A stretch of 64,000 nucleotides of DNA from a virus (lineage: Duplodnaviria > Caudoviricetes). The notes beneath the pieces are model-generated. The model searched no databases. It was not told where the DNA came from and was given only the letters and a program-made list of their open reading frames with translations. Below, in pieces: positions 55,657 through 64,000 of the stretch. The stretch spans positions 1 through 64,000 of IMG/VR virus record IMGVR_UViG_3300026522_000028; one strand, written 5' to 3'. Both the position numbers and the translations under genes were made by a program. Position 1 is the stretch's first letter. Each line of letters opens with the position of its first letter.

Positions 55657-56028
55657 ATGTTGAATATCAACGCATATACAGAGCCGCTTCGTAGCTTCCT
55701 TGCGGCAGCCATGAAGGACGCCGATTACAACTGGAGGGACAGTGAACACGAATCGTGGGAGAGCGATGAAGCGCCAGAATCGTCGTGCATCGACGAGAAC
55801 ACCTTGGAAAATGCCTACGAAATCTTCGATAGATTCCATGAACAGCATCGCTGGGTTCCCTTTGATTTCCTTGACGGCGGTCAGGTCTACATGGAGATTG
55901 TCTATGGAGACAGCGACCTGAACGAAGATGACAAGGCATGGATTCACAAGGAATATCCGAACGGAATGCCGTCGGCAGAGATTGCCAGAACAATTTATGG
56001 TGACTATCGTCTTTTCATGGAGGGATAA
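55657..56028 (+). CDS. Early acidic hypothetical protein
   Basis: AAGGAG RBS. Confidence 0.65.
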   Translation: MLNINAYTEPLRSFLAAAMKDADYNWRDSEHESWESDEAPESSCIDENTLENAYEIFDRFHEQHRWVPFDFLDGGQVYMEIVYGDSDLNEDDKAWIHKEYPNGMPSAEIARTIYGDYRLFMEG

Positions 56029-56031
56029 ACA

Positions 56032-56241
56032 ATGCTGATTGATATTACGTCGAAGCCATGGAATTGGCCGACCGATTATCCTACGATGGACGCCATCATT
56101 GATGGACATAGGGATCGGCTGGTTCAGCGGCATCCAGACGGCAGCCTGTGGATGGATCACATGTATTACGATGGAGAGCGCGGGACGGTTCTGGAGTACG
56201 TGCCTGTTCCCGATGACGCAACCGCGAAGGAGGTCGAATGA
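56032..56241 (+). CDS. Early hypothetical protein
   Basis: GGAGG RBS. Confidence 0.6.
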   Translation: MLIDITSKPWNWPTDYPTMDAIIDGHRDRLVQRHPDGSLWMDHMYYDGERGTVLEYVPVPDDATAKEVE

Positions 56242-57036
56242 CAATGGACTACAGCGAATTTCTGGCAGAGGTGAAGGTTCTGCGCTCCAAGGCAACCTAC
56301 GAGGGATACAAGGCAGCGCTGAAGCACTTCCCGAATCCGACGAAGGAAAACATCATGAAGTACATCGAGAATCCGAAGTTCTCATCGAGCACAAAAAAAA
56401 GAACGCCTCCGTATTCTCGGAACTGCCCTCAGATGGTACAATAAGATGGACAGAGGAATCGAGCGAATCATCAAGGGATACCGTGAGAACAAGACGGTCG
56501 AGCCCTGCCCTACCAATGAGCAGGTGGAGCTGGCATGGAACCAGCTCGGGAACAACAGAGACAGAGCGATGTTCGCGCTGATGGCCTACAATGGTTTGCG
56601 TATCGGCGAAGTTCATGCATTGGATAGAGCCGACGTAGACATTGAGCATAACATTTTGACCGTTCGCGGAACCAAAGGTAAGCACGATGCAATCATCCCG
56701 CTCATCCATCCGAGAGTCCAGAAATACCTGTATGCATGGATGACCGAGCGCCACGATAACTACAAGGCATTGTTCATCGGGCCGAACGGTCGGCTGTCCT
56801 ATGGATTTCTCAAGGTGAAATTCCATGAGTTGTTCCGCGATCTCGGCATGGAGTTCCATGCACATTCCCTCCGGCGCTACTATGCCAATTCCATGTACAA
56901 CGCAGGAGTTCCGTTGCAGGACATGTCAGTTGCCATGCGTCACGCCAATGTTTCCACGACGATGCGCTACCTGAACATTGGGCAGCAGAACGTTGTGGCT
57001 GCGCTCCAGCGCACATTCGCTGGAGCTACGGCGTAA
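56238..57036 (+). pseudogene. XerC-like tyrosine recombinase interrupted by a frameshift at an A8 tract
   Basis: Removing one A at 56393-56400 joins ORFs 56238-56444 and 56446-57036 (STKK-ERLRILGTALRWYNKMDRG); GLRIGE, HSLRR, MRH and TMRY catalytic motifs intact. Confidence 0.85.
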
Positions 57037-57120
57037 GGGAGGGATGCGCATGGTACATTTCATCGCATTCCTGTTCTTCATTTTCTTCTTGCTTTTCGAT
57101 GACTGACGGAGGTAATTACA

Positions 57121-57333
57121 ATGGAAAAGAAATATCCAACTGTTGAAAACGAGTACGGCGTTGCCATTGATTTCGAGGAGGCCGTGAATCTCATGGATGA
57201 TGGCATCCGCGAATCGTTGAATGCCGAGCTTGCGCCGTGCAGCCCGCAGGAGTTCTTCGATGCATACTGCAAGTCGCATGAGCGGAAGTTCGGCGAACCG
57301 TTTGAATTTGCAAAGGAAAATCCTGTGGCATAA
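57121..57333 (+). CDS. acrIC5: AcrIC5-like anti-CRISPR protein
   Basis: IDFEEAVNLMDDGIRESL...QEFFDAYCKSHERKFGEPF matches my recollection of AcrIC5 (IDFDAAVNLMDAELREEL...QEFLDAYVQAHAAKF); GGAGGT RBS. Confidence 0.75.
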   Translation: MEKKYPTVENEYGVAIDFEEAVNLMDDGIRESLNAELAPCSPQEFFDAYCKSHERKFGEPFEFAKENPVA

Positions 57334-57348
57334 GAGGAGGGATGAGCG

Positions 57349-57630
57349 ATGACGTTCGATGAATACTATGAGGCAACAGATAAAAAGCTCATGGAACTAA
57401 GTTACACAGAACCCGACGATTTCAAGAGGAGGCATTGGATAGAGCAGCGCAGCTTCCTTGGCCGCATCAAAGTCGGCAAGGATAAAATTTATGATGAAGC
57501 GAGGGAACGCATCATACGCTACCTTGAGGAGCATCACGGAGAGAACGCGAATGTCTATGCGCTCGAAGATGTAGATCAATGGATGTGCGGTTTAGCCATG
57601 AAGAAAATCTATGGGAACAAGGGGGAATGA
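57349..57630 (+). CDS. Hypothetical protein
   Basis: GAGGAGG RBS. Confidence 0.65.
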   Translation: MTFDEYYEATDKKLMELSYTEPDDFKRRHWIEQRSFLGRIKVGKDKIYDEARERIIRYLEEHHGENANVYALEDVDQWMCGLAMKKIYGNKGE

Positions 57631-57633
57631 ATC

Positions 57634-57789
57634 ATGATAAAAATCAGAACACCTTTCGCAATCGCAGCGGCAGTAATTACTGTCATAGCTATCATTGCAA
57701 ACCCAGAGAAAATGGCAGCGTTGCCGTGGTTTGCAGGGGTATCGACTGGGATTCTTGTAACGTATGTGGCATCGAAAGTCGAGGGATAA
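57634..57789 (+). CDS. Small two-TM membrane protein (51 aa)
   Basis: Own translation MIKIRTPFAIAAAVITVIAIIANPEKMAALPWFAGVSTGILVTYVASKVEG. Confidence 0.5.
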   Translation: MIKIRTPFAIAAAVITVIAIIANPEKMAALPWFAGVSTGILVTYVASKVEG

Positions 57790-57790
57790 C

Positions 57791-58972
57791 ATGGAAAGTT
57801 CATTGAAATTCATCGATCTATTTTCTGGAGCAGGTGGTCTGTCCGAAGGACTTACGAACGCAGGCTTCCACAGTCTATTTGCATCAGAGATTGTACCTGT
57901 GTATGCTCAGACCTATCAGAAAAACCACGCAGATACAGAGGTATGCGTGGATGATATTCGAGGAGTTGACGCAGAGAAAATCAGGGACGGCCTCGGACTA
58001 GCACGAGGAGAACTAGACCTGATTGCAGGTGGGCCACCGTGTCAGGGATTCTCCATCAATGCCCCGATCCGCAGTACCTCCGACAAACGAAACCATTTAT
58101 TCAAAGAGTTCCTTCGCTTCGTCGATGCCTTTGCTCCGAGAGCAATCCTCATCGAGAATGTGCCGGGGCTGGTATCGTTCGAGCATGGTGCTACGCTGCA
58201 TGCAATCCTAGATTCATTGGGAGCGCTGGGCTACGGAGCTGGGGTGCAGATTCTCGGCGCTGCATACTACGGAGTTCCGCAGATGCGCTGGAGAACCATC
58301 GTACTCGGCGTAAGGGAACGAGAGCTGCCAGTTGAGGCATATCCAGTTCCAATTTGCCACGCTCCGATAAGACCGAACTTCGCATCGACATTCGATGGAA
58401 AGACCATCGTCCGCACGCCGTCATCGGAATCGAGCGCAAACTTCACAACGGTAAAAGATGCTATCGGCGATCTCCCACCGTTGAAGAGTGGTGAACGCGG
58501 AGAGGAGTTCAAGGCATATCCAGTCGAGCCGCAATGCGATTATCAAAGACGCATGCGCCGTGGATGCGCTGGGGTTTACAATCATGAAGCTCCGATGCTT
58601 TCAAAGATTAACATGGAACGTCTGAAATACATCAAGCCCGGCGGCAACTGGACAGACATTCCGTTCGACCTGCTTCCGAAGGGAATGCAAAAAGCCAGAC
58701 GTTCCGACCATACGAAACGCTATGGCCGCGTTACTCCCGATGGTTTGGCTTCGACAATAATGACGAAGTGCGACCCGCATTGGGGAGCTTTCTTCCACTA
58801 CGAACAGGATAGGTCATTCACCGTGAGAGAGGCTGCGAGAATCCAGTCTTTCCCAGACCACTTCGTATTCACGGGAAATCAGGCAGAGCAATTCGCGCAG
58901 GTTGGCAATGCCGTACCACCGCTACTCGCTGAGTCAGTTGGTCTTTCCTTGCGTTCCGTGCTGGAGGCATGA
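57791..58972 (+). CDS. DNA (cytosine-5) methyltransferase
   Basis: DLFSGAGG, GGPPCQGFS, ENVPG, Q.R.R, TVREAARIQSFP, QVGNAVPP. Confidence 0.95.
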   Translation: MESSLKFIDLFSGAGGLSEGLTNAGFHSLFASEIVPVYAQTYQKNHADTEVCVDDIRGVDAEKIRDGLGLARGELDLIAGGPPCQGFSINAPIRSTSDKRNHLFKEFLRFVDAFAPRAILIENVPGLVSFEHGATLHAILDSLGALGYGAGVQILGAAYYGVPQMRWRTIVLGVRERELPVEAYPVPICHAPIRPNFASTFDGKTIVRTPSSESSANFTTVKDAIGDLPPLKSGERGEEFKAYPVEPQCDYQRRMRRGCAGVYNHEAPMLSKINMERLKYIKPGGNWTDIPFDLLPKGMQKARRSDHTKRYGRVTPDGLASTIMTKCDPHWGAFFHYEQDRSFTVREAARIQSFPDHFVFTGNQAEQFAQVGNAVPPLLAESVGLSLRSVLEA

Positions 58973-58973
58973 C

Positions 58974-59879
58974 ATGTCAGGATATATCTATGAAATATTT
59001 GGCTACCGTGTCAACGACGAATCCGATGTAGCTCGGTCGTATGCGGCGAAAAAAGTATGCCCATTCCTAGGAACACAATGCACCAAGGTTTTGTCGAGAG
59101 ATCGCACAATAGCCGGCGTTTGTTCTGTGCATCAAAAAAAGGACAAGACTCCTGTCATCTGCTGTCCTATTCGGATGTACGCAGATGACTATGCTATGCT
59201 TCGTCGCATTGCAAACATCGCTTTTCGCCGTGATCTTCCGCTATTCTCTGGCCGTCTCGCAGTTTCAGAAGCGCGGAAGAACAACGGAGCTATCGCCGTG
59301 TTCGGTCACGGATGGGGAGGAGAACTTCGGCTGCCGAACAGAAACGGTGCTGGGTCATATTTCGTTGATTGGATTCTGGCACGCCTTGACGAACGAGGTC
59401 GGCTCGAAGACTTCACAGCAATCGAGGTGCAGACCGTAGATACAACGGGGAGTTATCGAAGAGCACGCGAGGAAGCTATCGAGCATCGACAATCCATCCC
59501 TGACACCCTCGGACTGAACTGGGAGAACGTGTCGAAACGAATCCTCCCGCAGCTCATCTATAAAGGACAGGTTCTACAGCGGGAGGAACTATGTCGCACG
59601 GGGCTTTTCTTTGTATGCCCATCGCCTGTCTTTGCTCGTGTCCTGAATCGACTGGGAGGCAAAGACAACCTTCCTATTTTCCCGATGCAGCCAGCTTCGA
59701 TCAACTTCGTTAACTATGATTATCTTAGAGAGCCGACGAAGGATGGCTGTGTTCTTCCTCTTGGAATCATCGAGCAGCATTCGACCACCGTTTATAAAAT
59801 ACAAGAGGCATTTTCTTCGGTTAGTCTACCAAATGGCAATGTATATCGCGACGCCATCATGAAAGCCCTCTATGAATAA
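58974..59879 (+). CDS. Type II restriction endonuclease, NotI/EagI family
   Basis: Cys cluster CPFLG..C...GVCSV...CCPIR; IEVQTVDTTGSY; LNWENVSKRILPQLIYKG. Confidence 0.85.
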   Translation: MSGYIYEIFGYRVNDESDVARSYAAKKVCPFLGTQCTKVLSRDRTIAGVCSVHQKKDKTPVICCPIRMYADDYAMLRRIANIAFRRDLPLFSGRLAVSEARKNNGAIAVFGHGWGGELRLPNRNGAGSYFVDWILARLDERGRLEDFTAIEVQTVDTTGSYRRAREEAIEHRQSIPDTLGLNWENVSKRILPQLIYKGQVLQREELCRTGLFFVCPSPVFARVLNRLGGKDNLPIFPMQPASINFVNYDYLREPTKDGCVLPLGIIEQHSTTVYKIQEAFSSVSLPNGNVYRDAIMKALYE

Positions 59880-59915
59880 AAAACGACCCTCTCAGATTCG
59901 CTCTGAGGGGGTTCA
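59880..59915. terminator. Terminator between convergent operons
   Basis: CCCTCTCAGA-ttcgc-TCTGAGGGGG. Confidence 0.6.
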
Positions 59916-59933
59916 TTGTTGTTGCGCGATAAC

Positions 59934-60260
59934 TTATACCTGTGGCTTTTTGATGGGAGAACACAGCCAGCTCTTTCCACCCTTGGTAGCAATGATCTGG
60001 TCGTTGCTCCACATGATTTCATAGCCTGCTGCGCTGAGAAGTTCATCGAGGGAATCATTGGAAGTTACAATGAGGTTCACACCGAGCACATCGGCCAGCT
60101 TGTCAATCACAGTATTGTCTTTTGGTAGTACCCCGTTTTCGTATCCGCTGATAGCACGCTGTCGGGTATCCAGCTTCTTCGCCAAGTCTCTTTGCGACAG
60201 TCCAAGCTCGGTTCGTTTTACTCGGATTGCATTTGCAAATTCAGTAAGAAAGTCTGACAT
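59934..60260 (-). CDS. XRE-family HTH protein
   Basis: IRVKRTELGLSQRDLAKKL...ISGYENG..P...LADVLGV. Confidence 0.85.
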   Translation of the reverse strand: MSDFLTEFANAIRVKRTELGLSQRDLAKKLDTRQRAISGYENGVLPKDNTVIDKLADVLGVNLIVTSNDSLDELLSAAGYEIMWSNDQIIATKGGKSWLCSPIKKPQV

Positions 60261-60474
60261 GGTTATCCTTTGCCTCCACTATTAGATTGAATCCCAGAAT
60301 ATCACAGATGGCGATGAACTCATCGAGCTTCAATGTACCGTGCTTTATCTTGTAGGAAAACGCCTGACGTGTATAGCTCGTCCCAGCTCTTTCGTTGTAG
60401 TCATTGACTAGTTTGACGATGGTATATTTACGGGTCGAAAGCATTACCTTTATCGTCTTCTCGATGTCCTTCAT
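60241..60474 (-). CDS. Small HTH-like DNA-binding protein
   Basis: YTRQAFSYKIKHGTLKLDEFIAICDILGF; GGAGG RBS. Confidence 0.65.
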   Translation of the reverse strand: MKDIEKTIKVMLSTRKYTIVKLVNDYNERAGTSYTRQAFSYKIKHGTLKLDEFIAICDILGFNLIVEAKDNHVRLSY

Positions 60475-60537
60475 GATATTCCCTCCTGATACCATTATAC
60501 ACTAAAAAAGCCACGGCGTAAACCGTAGCTTTTCTTT

Positions 60538-61083
60538 TTAGTTGTTCATCGACTTCCTCTGACATTTATTACAGAGGCAGCAGACTACATGGCAGTCTGG
60601 GAAACGCTCGTCGAGGTATTCAGGGATGCGGCAATGCTTTCCGTTCTTCTTCATCGCGTCCATCGGGTATTCCACTTTGACCGCTGGCGTCCCAGCATCG
60701 TACTGCGGAGGCGTCTGGTGGAGGGCATCGTAGATTCCCTCGGCATATCGACGGATAGTCCCGATTCTTTTTCCGATAGCCTGATGGGAGATGCCGAATC
60801 GTTCGCCGATTTCCTCCTGCGTTCTTCCATCGGCAATCATCACGAGGATTTCCCAGTTGTCCGACGAGAGATGCATGCGGAGTTCCTTGAGCGCAGCCGT
60901 GAGTTCGTCGTGGCGCTCGGCTTCTACGATGATGTCCAGCGGATCGCGAGGGAGCTTCGCATAATCCTCGGGCATCGGCTTCGAGTTCTCTTTCCAATCC
61001 AAGAAGTCCAGTCGATTCAACGTGTTCGTGAGGTCTACGAGGCCGTCATTGTAATCATCAATGAGCTGCTTCAAGTAATCCAT
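60538..61083 (-). CDS. Sigma70 region-4-like HTH regulator (candidate late activator)
   Basis: WEILVMIADGRTQEEIGERFGISHQAIGKRI; Cys-rich C-terminus. Confidence 0.7.
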   Translation of the reverse strand: MDYLKQLIDDYNDGLVDLTNTLNRLDFLDWKENSKPMPEDYAKLPRDPLDIIVEAERHDELTAALKELRMHLSSDNWEILVMIADGRTQEEIGERFGISHQAIGKRIGTIRRYAEGIYDALHQTPPQYDAGTPAVKVEYPMDAMKKNGKHCRIPEYLDERFPDCHVVCCLCNKCQRKSMNN

Positions 61084-61373
61084 CAGACCATCACCGCTTT
61101 CTGGATGGTTTCGAGCTTGTACCTCGATGTCTCGAAGCGCATGATGTAGCCAATCTTGCTGCCGAAGAACTTACAGTTCAAAATCGTAGAGCCATCGGGA
61201 AGCCGACGTTTCCCCACGTCTTTTCTCCCCGGCTCATCCTTGTCCTCGATGTAGCGCACGTCGCGTGAATACTGGGAGAGCGTTCGGAATAACCGTGCCT
61301 TGTCCTCTGTCTCGATGGTGAGGCGATAGAAATCGCCATCGTCATTGAGATCGACGAGCATGGTTACGATCAA
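61083..61373 (-). CDS. Hypothetical protein
   Basis: Operon packing. Confidence 0.6.
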   Translation of the reverse strand: MIVTMLVDLNDDGDFYRLTIETEDKARLFRTLSQYSRDVRYIEDKDEPGRKDVGKRRLPDGSTILNCKFFGSKIGYIMRFETSRYKLETIQKAVMV

Positions 61374-61792
61374 TCGCCTGTGCTCCCGAAGCCGCCACGG
61401 GATAACTCATGGAGCTTTTCGACGGTATGCGTGATAACATCATCGTCCATCGTCGGGACAATACGGAACTGTGCAATGCGTGCCCCACGACGAATCATCA
61501 CATCGCGGGTAGCGTAGACGGGCATTGCCCATTCGTCGTCATCGCCGGAGTAGCCGTTGTCGATGATTCCGACACCGTTCGTCTGGATGATTCCGTACTT
61601 GCGGAACGTACTGCTGCGGGGAACGAGGTGCGCTTCGTAATCTGCTGGCAGTTTCATCGCAACACCGAGAGGAATCTGCGTGTAGTCCCCAGCACGCAGC
61701 GACACATCCTCGGCTGCTTTGAGATCGATCCAGTCGCCGTGGCGCTCCACCTTGCAATTGTCATTGAAATATTTTACCTTGATAACTTTCAT
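61370..61792 (-). CDS. dut: Trimeric dUTPase
   Basis: DLKAAED, VPRSS, GIIDNGYSG, AQFRI, RGGFGSTG. Confidence 0.93.
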   Translation of the reverse strand: MKVIKVKYFNDNCKVERHGDWIDLKAAEDVSLRAGDYTQIPLGVAMKLPADYEAHLVPRSSTFRKYGIIQTNGVGIIDNGYSGDDDEWAMPVYATRDVMIRRGARIAQFRIVPTMDDDVITHTVEKLHELSRGGFGSTGD

Positions 61793-61795
61793 TTA

Positions 61796-62383
61796 TTACT
61801 CCTCCGTGATTCCGAGGGCATCAGCATACGGGAGCTGCTTGATGAACTCGCCGCAGAACTGACGCCACTCGATGAGTCGATGGCTGTGCCGCTGATAATA
61901 CATCGTCTTGAGCTGCGCGTAGTTCGTCGCAATACCAGCAGCGATGCACATGCCCTCTGGCAGATTCGCTTTGGCACGCTGGAGATTTTCGAGCGACGGG
62001 TCTGCCCTGTACTTATCGACGTACTCCGAGAAGACTTCGACAATGCGCGGGTCAACGTACTCATTCATGAGGTCTTTGTACGGCAGCGACTTCGCCTTGT
62101 GCATCGTGGACTGGCTGTCTTTGACAGTGAATCCGTAGGTATCGAACTCCGTCCACCAGTAGCGCGGGGCCAGTACATCGAACGACACGAAAATCTGACG
62201 GAGGAACTTGTCATCCCCGTGTCCGTGCGGCGTATGGCCGAGGGTATTCCCCAGCTTCAGCAGGTCATCGACGCTGCGCGTGTCCAAGTCCATCCGCTGA
62301 TTCACCACATCCATCATCGGATAGCGTGCGCGGATCAGCGCCTCTTTGATACCGTAGACATTCACATTGAAAACCTTAATCAT
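61796..62383 (-). CDS. thyX: Divergent flavin-dependent thymidylate synthase-like protein
   Basis: H.KFLRQI, APRYWW.EFDTY, SQSTMH, NYAQLKTMYYQR..HRL.EW. Confidence 0.7.
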   Translation of the reverse strand: MIKVFNVNVYGIKEALIRARYPMMDVVNQRMDLDTRSVDDLLKLGNTLGHTPHGHGDDKFLRQIFVSFDVLAPRYWWTEFDTYGFTVKDSQSTMHKAKSLPYKDLMNEYVDPRIVEVFSEYVDKYRADPSLENLQRAKANLPEGMCIAAGIATNYAQLKTMYYQRHSHRLIEWRQFCGEFIKQLPYADALGITEE

Positions 62384-62673
62384 TTACTTCGTCCTTTCCT
62401 CCGTGTTGCGAGGAGGTACTTCGCTTTCCCCCACGCTGCCGCATCCGCACCCTTCGCCAGATCGAATCCCGTGTCCCCTTTGAATCCACGGTACAGATCG
62501 GCGAACACCACCGTCTCTGCGATGTCAGGATGCTGCTCCTGTAACTCCACAAGTTCCTTCGCCCGCTTCGACCACTCGGCGTCGCTGATGATGTTGTCAT
62601 TGAGCTCGTAGTAGATGATGCTATGAACCATCAGCGAGAGCCGCAGCTGCTTGATTCTATCAGCGATTACCAT
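62380..62673 (-). CDS. Stand-alone NAD-ligase domain Ia-like protein
   Basis: RIKQLR...VHS.IYY...D..ISDAEW....EL.ELQ..HPD resembles the LigA N-terminal subdomain; no catalytic domain follows. Confidence 0.7.
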   Translation of the reverse strand: MVIADRIKQLRLSLMVHSIIYYELNDNIISDAEWSKRAKELVELQEQHPDIAETVVFADLYRGFKGDTGFDLAKGADAAAWGKAKYLLATRRKGRSK

Positions 62674-62893
62674 TGACTTTCACGACGCGGTTTGCCTCGT
62701 ACCAATGGTTGTCCTCATCGTACACGCCGAAGTCAACGCACACGCGAGAGCGAACCCGGCCATCGTCATCGTAGAACTGACGGAGCGCGACGATGGTTCC
62801 TCTAGCATGCGCCTCGTATTTGTCGAGGTAACGGCTAAGAGCAATCACCGTATCGCAAATGTCCAATGTATTCCCTGCAAGGTCGGTAATCAT
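62660..62893 (-). CDS. Hypothetical protein
   Basis: Operon packing. Confidence 0.55.
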   Translation of the reverse strand: MITDLAGNTLDICDTVIALSRYLDKYEAHARGTIVALRQFYDDDGRVRSRVCVDFGVYDEDNHWYEANRVVKVNGNR

Positions 62894-63018
62894 TCCTCGT
62901 CCTCCTTCATCCAGTCCATGAAATACTTGAACGTCTTGTACTCACCATCGGAGCGGCCCCAGCTATACATTGTGATGCCAATGATAGCCGCTGCAAAAAC
63001 CATCAAAAAATCATTCAT
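62890..63018 (-). CDS. Small membrane peptide
   Basis: MNDFLMVFAAAIIGITMYSWG... Confidence 0.45.
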   Translation of the reverse strand: MNDFLMVFAAAIIGITMYSWGRSDGEYKTFKYFMDWMKEDEE

Positions 63019-63071
63019 ATCGATAATACCCACCCTGACCCACGGCTGACCGCCGTACACACGTTGTTCAC

Positions 63072-63239
63072 TTAGATTCTCGGATCGTTCGGATCGTACT
63101 CTTGGCACTCGGCCTCATCGTAGTCGATCTCTGCCCATCCATTGTCGATTTCTTCTTCGGCTTTCTCGAATGCGTCCCACTCGTCGCATGCAGAAACAAC
63201 GACGGTTCCGTGGAAACTTACGACGTATGGCTTCGTCAC
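63072..63239 (-). CDS. Small acidic protein (55 aa)
   Basis: Own translation MTKPYVVSFHGTVVVSACDEWDAFEKAEEEI...; overlaps the upstream stop. Confidence 0.5.
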   Translation of the reverse strand: MTKPYVVSFHGTVVVSACDEWDAFEKAEEEIDNGWAEIDYDEAECQEYDPNDPRI

Positions 63240-63427
63240 AGGAACAACGCCCCCACCATGACGCCGATGAGCGCAACGAGAACGAGGATGTATGCACCGA
63301 AGAACATCTTCGTCACGCGGATTCCTTCTTTGTCATTGGGGTCATCCGTGATCTTGCCCCCGACGTGACTCGCGATGAATCCCCAGACGGCCATCGCAAA
63401 CAGAATACCAGCTAAGAAATTCACCAC
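63236..63427 (-). CDS. Small two-TM membrane protein
   Basis: Two hydrophobic segments. Confidence 0.55.
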   Translation of the reverse strand: MVNFLAGILFAMAVWGFIASHVGGKITDDPNDKEGIRVTKMFFGAYILVLVALIGVMVGALFL

Positions 63428-63559
63428 TTACTCTTCCTCCACTTTATCTACGGTGATCGTTGCCAGACCTTTTTCGATAGCGTCGGCGAGGAGACTGACT
63501 GCCTCCTCTTTGCTATCGGCGTCGATCAGCGTGTCACCATGAAATTCGATGTAAAACAT
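63428..63559 (-). CDS. Small acidic protein (43 aa)
   Basis: Own translation MFYIEFHGDTLIDADSKEEAVSLL...; ATG overlaps the nrdG stop. Confidence 0.5.
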   Translation of the reverse strand: MFYIEFHGDTLIDADSKEEAVSLLADAIEKGLATITVDKVEEE

Positions 63560-64000
63560 CAGTCGATTGCCTCCCATAAACCATCGTCCATCCTCTTGAA
63601 CATTCCCTGATTCAACGAACCACGGAAGGGAAGCTCCGTCGTATGCTGTCCATCAACATAAACATCATCAATGATATAATCGAAGTTCGATAAATCGTAG
63701 GAGTCGAGCAATTCGTCGATGATGTACCCCGTATACATCGTAGTTGTAAGCCCGTGATTCTTTGCCCACGCTGCAATCTCATCGACTGCATTGAATTGCA
63801 TCGCCGGATCGCCGCCAGAGAACGTGACGCCATTGATGAATCCGAGGTACGGCTCAATCATCTTTTCAACGTCTTCGACGGAAACCTCTTTGCCACCATC
63901 AGGATTCCACGTCGAGGGATTCTGGCAGTTCACGCAATGATGCGGACACCCTTGCGTGAAAACCACAGCATTTATGCCGACACCATCGAAGAGAGACGTT
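63559..64000 (-). CDS. nrdG: Anaerobic ribonucleotide reductase activase (partial, 5' end beyond the window)
   Basis: DGVGINAVVFTQGCPHHCVNCQN radical-SAM motif, GVTFSGGDP, FRGSLNQ. Confidence 0.9.
   Translation of the reverse strand, partial: TSLFDGVGINAVVFTQGCPHHCVNCQNPSTWNPDGGKEVSVEDVEKMIEPYLGFINGVTFSGGDPAMQFNAVDEIAAWAKNHGLTTTMYTGYIIDELLDSYDLSNFDYIIDDVYVDGQHTTELPFRGSLNQGMFKRMDDGLWEAID

Noticed and set aside
49249-57036. Integron (attC cassettes plus IntI)
   Set aside because: The elements lack RYYYAAC/GTTRRRY cores, the recombinase lacks the IntI-specific insertion, and G-U-rich pairing points to RNA rather than bottom-strand DNA hairpins.

Overview
The whole window is bacteriophage DNA: most of a large temperate siphovirus that looks like a phage-plasmid. 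It has a ParA plus small ribbon-helix-helix partition cassette and DnaA boxes, and no attachment site or host genes are visible. Firmicutes-type RBS and boxA signals, a lambda-like tail tip, a lipoprotein and nrdG suggest an anaerobic diderm Firmicute host such as Negativicutes (inference). Layout: T7-gp2.5-like SSB (partial) and XRE repressor (1-895); a 1.7-kb non-coding control/origin region; parAB and envelope morons (2.9-5.8 kb, +); DnaE-type polymerase and antirepressor (5.9-10.8 kb, -); lysis, two paralogous fibre+LRR cassettes, esterase, tail tip, a 2571-aa tape measure, head and terminase genes (10.9-46 kb, -); two tRNAs flanked by structured non-coding DNA (46.0-46.9 kb); a divergent region with three consensus promoters and an rrn-type boxA; an early array of small genes with an AcrIC5-like anti-CRISPR, a frameshifted tyrosine recombinase and a Type II R-M pair (49-59.9 kb, +); and a sigma-like regulator, dut, thyX-like and nrdG (-). 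The most novel-looking signals are non-coding: (i) a six-copy, covarying two-hairpin RNA element between early genes; (ii) a roughly 900-nt ORF-free structured transcript driven by one of two overlapping opposed promoters next to the partition locus; (iii) an 8-bp parS-like repeat array found at five dispersed loci, several overlapping ribosome-binding sites; (iv) a large ornate RNA candidate upstream of the tRNAs. All calls come from reading the sequence by eye; no searches or folding programs were run.
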